From contig OY771506.1 of assembly GCA_963674705.1 (NCBI GenBank), forward strand, positions 800,001 to 864,000: DNA of 64,000 nucleotides, written 5' to 3'. This DNA is from Phycisphaeraceae bacterium (GTDB lineage Bacteria; Planctomycetota; Phycisphaerae; Phycisphaerales; Phycisphaeraceae). Each line of letters opens with the position of its first letter. The stretch's first letter is position 1. This document shows, in pieces, positions 54,235 through 61,406 of this stretch. The position numbers and the translations under genes are program-made. The notes beneath the pieces were generated by a model, which was given only the letters and a program-made list of their open reading frames with translations, was not told where the DNA came from and did no database searches.

Positions 54235-55422
54235 TCACTCATCCATCGCCTCATCCAACTTCGCCTGCCGCTTCACGATCGCCTGGCAATACCGATCGTA
54301 AACCGCGCGCAGCTTCGCATCCGTCTGCTCGCTCAGCTTCAACAACCCCCCGCCGCCCTCGTAATGCGCCATCGCCGCACGCTCCATCGCGCCGCCTTTT
54401 TCAAACGCATCCAGGTACGCATGCATCCGCGGCAAGAAATCCTCCGGCTGCGAGATGATCCGACCATCCCACTCCATCTCCATCCCCATACCATGCGCCT
54501 TGCCAAACGCGACCGCCTCATCTAACCGCTCATCTGCGACCTTACCCGGATGGAAAAAATGGTTCGGCTGCTGGTACGCCGCATCAAAACCCATCGCCTT
54601 CCAATCCCCCGCGCCCCGCGCGTTCCAATAAGGGATCCACAAAAACTTCCAACCATGCCCCCTTACCAACTCACCCACCCGCGGCAGCACCTGCTCCCCT
54701 TCGTTGGCCGTCGTCTCCGCCACCCAGTAAATCCCGACTAACTCGATATGCTCAAACCCCGCCGCCGCCCAACGCTTTTCCAGTTCATCCAAATACCACG
54801 CCGCCGCAGCGACACGGTCCTCCGCCTTGCTGAAGTTGAGCATCTTCCCATCGACTTCGCCCCACGCATCCAACGTAATGATCGGCTCAGGCAACGTGAT
54901 CGCCACCCGCCTTTTTCGTATTGGTTCTCCAACCCCCGGAATTCCCGCCCCCGGATTCCCCGCCACAACCTCGCCGATCTTCTCATCCAGCGCATGCAGC
55001 GCCTTGCCCTCTTCAAAGTACCGATCTAATAGCCACGCCCAATGCTCCTTCGCGGCCGGCTTCTGCCCATACCCCTTCGCATACTCCTGCCCGCGCGCAT
55101 CCTTGAACTCGATAAACAAAAACCCATCAAACAACCACTTACCTTGCCCACCGTCCGGCCCAACATAAACCACGTAAGGCCCAAACTGCTCCGAAGTCCA
55201 ATCCATCCGATGAGCACCCCCCGCATAAATCAAAGCCCAATCCCCCACACCCCCCGTCTCCACCGCGCCCGGCGCTATAAACTCCCCACCCCCCAGCCCA
55301 CCCCCCGGAACATCCCCCGAAACTTCAGATTCCTCCGCACTAGCATTGCAAGCACCACCCAAAACCAACAACCCCCCAACAACAAACAGAACCAGTAAAT
55401 GCTGCACGTGTCGATCCTTCAT
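54235..55422 (-). CDS. DUF4855-like secreted protein
   Basis: WLFDGFLF, GIYWVAE, WIPYW, GFDAAYQQPN, GMEME; start uncertain. Confidence 0.75.
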   Translation of the reverse strand: MKDRHVQHLLVLFVVGGLLVLGGACNASAEESEVSGDVPGGGLGGGEFIAPGAVETGGVGDWALIYAGGAHRMDWTSEQFGPYVVYVGPDGGQGKWLFDGFLFIEFKDARGQEYAKGYGQKPAAKEHWAWLLDRYFEEGKALHALDEKIGEVVAGNPGAGIPGVGEPIRKRRVAITLPEPIITLDAWGEVDGKMLNFSKAEDRVAAAAWYLDELEKRWAAAGFEHIELVGIYWVAETTANEGEQVLPRVGELVRGHGWKFLWIPYWNARGAGDWKAMGFDAAYQQPNHFFHPGKVADERLDEAVAFGKAHGMGMEMEWDGRIISQPEDFLPRMHAYLDAFEKGGAMERAAMAHYEGGGGLLKLSEQTDAKLRAVYDRYCQAIVKRQAKLDEAMDE

Positions 55423-55633
55423 ATACAACCAAAAGAAATACAAGATTCGCCATTCTACCCCCGAAGCCCACGTTCTCCGAACGTGGGCCCTCCCCCACAA
55501 AACACAATCCTCCCCCCAGCAAGCCGCTCGCGGCTTAGCGTAACATGCCAAAACTGATCCCCGAAGCAAGTTCACCTCAAATCAACCCTAGCCACAATCA
55601 ATTAAAGTGCACGCATCCTTTTTCTTGCCGGGC

Positions 55634-56818
55634 CTACTTCAATTGGTGAGACTTGCCGAATACGGTGATTCGTTCAATAGGCCAGTCGATCGTGTGCTCC
55701 ATAATCATCCGGCCATTAAGCTTGACCTGAAGTACCTTGCCTTGGTTCTGTTTTGTTAGTTCTTTCAACTTCCTCCATGCCTTGGGCGCGAGATCTGTAC
55801 GACCAGCACTGTCCGTGAAGTCCTGCTCCGTAAACCACGCGTCATCATCTACCAAACCGACCTGAATCTGTAGGGGTGTTGCTAGATCCGCATCTGAAGT
55901 GAGATTAACCGACCAATATTCAACATGATCCCAATCCGCAGTTTCTTTCGGCAGATCAAATACGCCGTCGTCGATCGGTTGGTCGCGGACGTACTCGTCA
56001 TACGTAAGTGTAATTGAGCGGAGACCCCCCTCGTATTCATATTCGAACTTCATCTGCCACTTAACCGGCAGATGGCTCTCATCATTCACCCATACAAATA
56101 CGCTCTCATGACTATTGGCTGACGAATATTTATTTCTCGCAACTATTTGTTCCGCGGGAACACTGAAACATAAAGTACGCTGACCACGAATCTGTTCTTC
56201 ACCCACAAGTGTTGCGTTACGGGCGGTAACCAACCTCTGGATATACGCGTCGGCCTCATCAATACTATCTGGCTTCAATTTTCCGACTGGCGGAAACTCT
56301 ATACCCCGTATGCGTTCGACCTTCTGTGCTTCGTAATCGACGACTTCATGGACATTGTCTGAGCGAATAAAGGTGATCTTGTCGAGTATACGACCATCTA
56401 TAGCCTTCGATCCGTCTTTGTAAGCATCAAGCCGTGAGCCCAAGCCCACTTTGGCCCGGTACAGTGCCCGCGCATTTAACTCGCGGACGTCCCGGCCATC
56501 TTCTCGACGCGTCGTCTCCTGCGTTATCCAAAGTTGAATAGTATGTGCGGGTTGAGCCAATGTGGCTTGCATCTGTTCCCAGGCATGCGCGGGTTGAGCA
56601 TTGATCGACATCAGCCCCCAGACCACAGCGATCGCCACACATGCAGCTAATGCACCACCGATACTGACCGGAAGTCTCCAATGGTGTGCAGCAGGTTTAA
56701 ACTGTTCGACCCTCTCCAACAAACGTAATTCGGTATCGGGTGGAACAGTGTCACACAAAGCCTTGCCTAGAAGTTGATCAACAGGGTGTTCGTCGTTTGA
56801 TTGATTACTGTGAGTCAT
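55634..56818 (-). CDS. Putative anti-sigma factor (TM, LolA-like domain, SecDF-head-like C-terminus)
   Basis: AGGAGG RBS; overlaps the ECF gene end; GEEQIRGQ, VWVNDESHLP, DQPIDDGVF. Confidence 0.7.
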   Translation of the reverse strand: MTHSNQSNDEHPVDQLLGKALCDTVPPDTELRLLERVEQFKPAAHHWRLPVSIGGALAACVAIAVVWGLMSINAQPAHAWEQMQATLAQPAHTIQLWITQETTRREDGRDVRELNARALYRAKVGLGSRLDAYKDGSKAIDGRILDKITFIRSDNVHEVVDYEAQKVERIRGIEFPPVGKLKPDSIDEADAYIQRLVTARNATLVGEEQIRGQRTLCFSVPAEQIVARNKYSSANSHESVFVWVNDESHLPVKWQMKFEYEYEGGLRSITLTYDEYVRDQPIDDGVFDLPKETADWDHVEYWSVNLTSDADLATPLQIQVGLVDDDAWFTEQDFTDSAGRTDLAPKAWRKLKELTKQNQGKVLQVKLNGRMIMEHTIDWPIERITVFGKSHQLK

Positions 56819-57329
56819 AACACACCTCCTGCGACATGGATGATGCCAATCTTTGTCGTAATGTTTCCCGGGCCCGCCGGACATGCCCACGGGTGGTCGA
56901 GGCAGTGCAGCCAAGGACTGCAGCGACTTCGTCATAAGACAACCGTTCGATCACACGCAGATAGATCGCTTCGGCCTGTTGATGCGGCAGTTTGGCAATC
57001 TCAAAAAGCACTTGATCTTGTGCTTCCATGTCTATCATGCCATCCAAAGGCTGCCGGGTTTTATCCGTCAACGAAGCGGGTATCGGTTCGGTATGGTTTC
57101 GAATCCGTTGCCGTAGCAGGTCCATCGCTGCTTGAAAACAGATCCGGACAATCAGTGCTGGCGGATTTGAGTGAGTCGTCACTTCACGACGCATCTTCCA
57201 TATGCGTAACAACGCGTTCTGTAATGCATCATCAGCCTGATCGGCGTCCCGCAGCACACGCCAAACAACTGCCGCCATCTGTCTTCGGGTTTGCTGAAGG
57301 TGATGGATCAGGTCGTCTTGTTGGTTCAT
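56805..57329 (-). CDS. ECF sigma factor
   Basis: ADDALQNALLRIW, LSYDEVAAVLGC..STTRGHVRRAR; GGAGG RBS. Confidence 0.9.
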   Translation of the reverse strand: MNQQDDLIHHLQQTRRQMAAVVWRVLRDADQADDALQNALLRIWKMRREVTTHSNPPALIVRICFQAAMDLLRQRIRNHTEPIPASLTDKTRQPLDGMIDMEAQDQVLFEIAKLPHQQAEAIYLRVIERLSYDEVAAVLGCTASTTRGHVRRARETLRQRLASSMSQEVCYDSQ

Positions 57330-57487
57330 GGAGCCTCCACACCCTCATTAACGATCTCGAAAATACTTGTGTGCGCAGGGAGAGTGATAAATATTGGATA
57401 TTCTCCATTCGACATATAACCGACACTTAAAAACCAATGCAACCTCTCCATCGTGCGAGCACAGCAAGTAGCATGGGTATTCGCTTC

Positions 57488-57666
57488 GTAGGGTGGGTGG
57501 AGCAACGCGATACCCACCGATCCGATGCTATCGGATGACCAGCTTCACCTTTTTCGCTATCAATCAAACACAACAGAAGCCGGCTGGCTATTCTTCGTTA
57601 TAAATACGCGCTCAACAACATACCGACCTCCAACCAGTGGGTATCGCTTCGCTCCACCCACCCTAC
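57488..57666. repeat. Inverted pair of GTAG-type REP sequences (REPIN-like)
   Basis: GTAGGGTGGGTGGAGCAACGCGATACCCAC (57488-57517) and a near-perfect reverse complement at 57637-57666. Confidence 0.85.
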
Positions 57667-58215
57667 GGCGAAACTGAACCCATGCCACTTCCTGCATCCA
57701 AACAACCACACCGATCAACCACCACCGCGCGCACAGGTGTGTCGTGATCCTGTAATAGGGGGAGCGGTTTTGTTCGGCCATGCGTGGTGCAAGGCGTCGG
57801 ACAGGTTCGTGGCCGGGCAATGTCCGGGAAGTGGCTGGGGGTGGCCGGGACTTCCGGGGGATGTCCGGGGCGGACACTTGTGAGGCCAAAGGGTGGCCTC
57901 AGAGGGTAAAAACAAAGGGGGCGGACGTCCTACCCCCTGAAGGCGGACACGTGCTAAGTCTTGCTATGACAAGTAAATACCGGGAGAATAGCGTCGGCGA
58001 ACGGAGGGAGGGGCGGACAGGCCTTGCCGTGAGGCACACCGGGTCTATCTCGCAGGCGTCCGGCCGGGAGTTAGGCTAAGATGCCCGCCGCGACGTCTGT
58101 CGGCTATATCCGGATGCGTGTTATGAAATAGATCTGCCGATCGTGCGTTTATCCGGACCCGACCCGATCGGAAGAAGACAAAAACCCTCATTCAACCTGT
58201 ATGGAGCCTGTTTAC

Positions 58216-58692
58216 ATGAAGTTTCAGTCGATCACCCTGTTGGCCCTGGCCTTGACCATTCCCGTCGTCGTGGGTTGTGAGAAGAAGTCGAACACCCCGC
58301 CCGCCGCCGGGTCAGGCGAGGTGGCCGTAGCCGCTGCTGAATTCGACTCGCTGCATGACCTGATGGGGGAGTTGGCGGACAACTATAAGTTCCTGCGTCG
58401 CAACACCGAATCGGGTGATACCGACGAACTGCTCCAGCATGCCGCCGCGATGCGGGACCTGGTCGCGCAGGCGAAGACGATGACGCCGGAGCAGGTCGAG
58501 GACGCCGCGGATGCGGATAAGGAGGCGTTGGAAGCGTCTTTCCACAAGCACCTGGACGCCATTGGCCCGGCCTTGGATGACTACGAAGCCGCTATCATCG
58601 CAGACGACCGCGTCGCAGCCGAGAAGGCAGTGAATGAGTTGCACGAAGCCGAGGAAAAGGGCCACGAAGCCCTTGGCGTCAAGGACGACTGA
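58216..58692 (+). CDS. Cytochrome b562-like four-helix lipoprotein
   Basis: Lipobox VVGC; LHDLMGEL (Met ligand position), A.TMTP, C-terminal KGH (His ligand position). Confidence 0.7.
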   Translation: MKFQSITLLALALTIPVVVGCEKKSNTPPAAGSGEVAVAAAEFDSLHDLMGELADNYKFLRRNTESGDTDELLQHAAAMRDLVAQAKTMTPEQVEDAADADKEALEASFHKHLDAIGPALDDYEAAIIADDRVAAEKAVNELHEAEEKGHEALGVKDD

Positions 58693-58706
58693 TCACCGGA
58701 TCGCCT

Positions 58707-59078
58707 ATGAAGCCCCAAACCTTCCAACGCCTGCGTTCGCTGCACCGCTGGGCCGGCCTGTTCTTCGCCCCGCTGATTATCCTCTTCGCGATCTCGGGCA
58801 TGCTGCAGGTCCTCGGCGCCGGCGACTGGGAGATGCCTGGCTGGATGTACAGCATCTACGATGCCCTGGAAGATGCGCACCAGAACCAGTACTTCCGCAA
58901 GGACACCGCGCTGCGTGATGTGGCGCAGTGGTTAGCGGTGCTGTTGTGTCTGGTGCTGAGCCTGACATCGCTGCTGGGCGTGGTGATGGCGTACAAGATG
59001 TTCCCGAAGAAACGCATCCTGATCACGATCGTGCTCGTGCTGGGCGTTGCAGTGCCGGCGGTGCTGCTATTGGTGTGA
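58707..59078 (+). CDS. Small PepSY-associated-TM-like membrane protein
   Basis: LRSLHRWAGLFFAP...ISG, LEDAH, three TM segments. Confidence 0.7.
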   Translation: MKPQTFQRLRSLHRWAGLFFAPLIILFAISGMLQVLGAGDWEMPGWMYSIYDALEDAHQNQYFRKDTALRDVAQWLAVLLCLVLSLTSLLGVVMAYKMFPKKRILITIVLVLGVAVPAVLLLV

Positions 59079-59110
59079 GTGATATGGCATGAACGATCTG
59101 GTGTGCACGA

Positions 59111-59191
59111 TCAATCCAGCGGGTTGATGACTAAACCCGTCGCCAGCTTGGGATAGAAGAACGTGCTCTTCTGCGGCATCAGTTCGCCGGC
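59111..59191 (-). repeat. 81-bp duplicate of the DUF1015 gene 3' end
   Basis: 78/81 identical to 59479-59559. Confidence 0.95.
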
Positions 59192-59275
59192 ATTAATATC
59201 CGCTGGATTGTGTTTGACACATCGGACACGGGCAACCAAGATGTGTTGCATCATCAAGAACATTCTGGAGGTCAC

Positions 59276-59470
59276 ATGTCACAACCATTGACAATGATGA
59301 TACTGTTCATCGGATTACTGGGGGGGTTCTTCAGCCTTGCCATGCTGGCAACCAGCGGTTCCGGCGACACCCCCGTTGCATACGTGGGCTACCTTCAAAC
59401 GTGTGCCATCTTAATTGGTGCTGCGACAATCGCGGCTGCGATCCGAGAGCGCGGTAATACGGATCGGTGA
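59276..59470 (+). CDS. 64-aa two-TM hypothetical protein lying between the duplicated ends
   Basis: GGAGG RBS at 59267-59271; two hydrophobic helices. Confidence 0.7.
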   Translation: MSQPLTMMILFIGLLGGFFSLAMLATSGSGDTPVAYVGYLQTCAILIGAATIAAAIRERGNTDR

Positions 59471-59478
59471 TGGTACCT

Positions 59479-60804
59479 TCAGTCCAGCGGGTTGATGACT
59501 AATCCCGTCGCCAGCTTGGGATAGAAGAACGTGCTCTTCTGTGGCATCAGTTCGCCGGCCTCGCTGACAAGGCGGACGCTATCCAGCGGCGTTGCACGCA
59601 GGACAAGGCCCAACTGATAATCAGGCGTGTCCGCCAACTGCTTGAGTTGGGCGATCTCGTGCGGGAACTTCCATGTGATCTGTTCGCCTGCCGGCACGAA
59701 CGTCGGCTCGCAGACCTGCTCGACGATCAGGTGCTGAACGATCGCGACATCCAGTTGACGCCAGGCGTCGGATTTATCGCTGTGCGTCGCCTTGAGCGGG
59801 TCGTTGTCGATCGTGGTTGCGAGGTAGAGTGGCGCATCGGGTGTCGCGGGATCGTACAGGCCGATCGCGTGCGGGTGCGTGCACTTATCCAAGGCCTGTT
59901 CCAGCATCGCCGGGTCCTTGCCTGTCACAGGCTGGACAAGCAGCTTGCCTTCAGCGGCCTGCTTGAACTTGTCCATGCTGAACGTCGGCATGTTGCCCAG
60001 CACGCGGTGTGTCGGCAGGACGATCATGCCCGGATCCTGCATGGCGATCATGACGAACAGGCAGTAGGCAGCGTTGCCAACAGGTTTGCCCGCGTCCTTC
60101 AGTTCGTTGTAGTGGTTCAGCGCGGTGTTGTAGCGGTGGTGGCCGTCGGCGATGAACAGGTCCTTGGTTTCCAGCGCCTGCTGGAACGCGGCGACGCGCG
60201 GGGCATCGCATACTTCCCAGGCTTCGTGCAGCACACTGTCGTCGGCCGTCTTGCCTATGAACGTAGGCTCAGAGCCATCGATCACTTCCGCGAGCAGTCG
60301 GCCGATCGCCTGGTCCGGGTCGGAATAAAGCCCGAAGATCGGTGAGAGCTGGGCCTGCGTCGCACGCATCAGCTTGAGACGGTCTTCCTTGGCAGCGCTG
60401 AAGGTCTGCTCGTGCGGGTGGATGCCGCCCTTACCATCCGGCGACGGGCCGAACGGCTGAACCTTGACGTTGCCGATCAGGCCGCGACGCTTGAAATTGT
60501 CGCCGCCTACGTTGTAGGTCTGCTGATAGACGAAGAACGCGGGCTTGGCGCGACGTTCGAGGATGCCTTTATCTAACCAGTCGCGGTAGTTCTTGCCCGC
60601 CCCGAGATACGCCTCCTCCGGCCCGACGGTCTTGGCGGGCAGGTGCGGCAGGTCGATCACGCTGATGTTGTTCGCACTGGCGGCAACGAGCCGACCCTTG
60701 GATTCGTGGTCCAGCACGTCGTAAGGCGGCGCGATCCGGTCGGACAGATCGTTGCCGGTCTTGGTGGAGAATGTGATCGCCGGGATGGGTTGAACTTGTG
60801 GCAT
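59479..60804 (-). CDS. DUF1015 family protein
   Basis: APPYDV, HEQT...KEDR, SPIFGLY, IADGHHRY, LPTHR, MPQKSTFFYPK. Confidence 0.92.
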   Translation of the reverse strand: MPQVQPIPAITFSTKTGNDLSDRIAPPYDVLDHESKGRLVAASANNISVIDLPHLPAKTVGPEEAYLGAGKNYRDWLDKGILERRAKPAFFVYQQTYNVGGDNFKRRGLIGNVKVQPFGPSPDGKGGIHPHEQTFSAAKEDRLKLMRATQAQLSPIFGLYSDPDQAIGRLLAEVIDGSEPTFIGKTADDSVLHEAWEVCDAPRVAAFQQALETKDLFIADGHHRYNTALNHYNELKDAGKPVGNAAYCLFVMIAMQDPGMIVLPTHRVLGNMPTFSMDKFKQAAEGKLLVQPVTGKDPAMLEQALDKCTHPHAIGLYDPATPDAPLYLATTIDNDPLKATHSDKSDAWRQLDVAIVQHLIVEQVCEPTFVPAGEQITWKFPHEIAQLKQLADTPDYQLGLVLRATPLDSVRLVSEAGELMPQKSTFFYPKLATGLVINPLD

Positions 60805-61106
60805 GGCAGTGTGTGGGGGTTTGGGGTCAGGGTTCGGTATCAAGGCAGGGTTGGACGGATTCCTTATGTGGATTCCAAGTCTCTCGGGGCGGTAGCTTAC
60901 ACGCCTTGCAGGTTCACGGCTAACCGGGCCGGGAAATGGGGTTTTAAAGTGTTTAAAGCGGGATATCAGTCGGCGTATTTGTGTGAGTCGCAAATATTAT
61001 TCCGAAATTCAGGGAACAAAGCGCCATGTTTGAGCGTTAGAACAGACAACAAAGCACAAGGAAAAGACTGAAAGATTGTTTTCAAAAGGTTAAGGAATTC
61101 GTCATC

Positions 61107-61289
61107 ATGTCCGCCGTCAGCACCTGTAATCGTGAACCGGTTTCACTGAATAAACGCCAACAAGCCCGCGCCCTGTTCGCCCGCCTCCGCCACAAACAGC
61201 TATTAAGCGCAATGTCGGGTCGAATAAGCGAATCCGCGGTGTACGCCCAACGTGCGCTGCGTGTGAAGCAGGCGGTGTGTGCTCAATGA
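61107..61289 (+). CDS. Possible 60-aa basic small protein
   Basis: AAGGA upstream of ATG, terminator downstream; no recognisable domain. Confidence 0.4.
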   Translation: MSAVSTCNREPVSLNKRQQARALFARLRHKQLLSAMSGRISESAVYAQRALRVKQAVCAQ

Positions 61290-61353
61290 TCTATCGTTGT
61301 ATTGCCGGACCAGATTAAATCTGACGATTCAGTTTCATTTACGTATCAATTAA

Positions 61354-61383
61354 AAACACCCGGACAAGCGTATCCGGGTGTTT
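61354..61383. terminator. Hairpin terminator, probably bidirectional
   Basis: AAACACCCGGA-loop-TCCGGGTGTTT between convergent ORFs. Confidence 0.8.
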
Positions 61384-61406
61384 GTGCTTGATGTGTTTGA
61401 TTCCGA

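Noticed and set aside
59111..59559. Possible DGR template/variable repeat pair
   Set aside because: Only three mismatches, all synonymous and not all at adenines of one copy; no reverse transcriptase in the window
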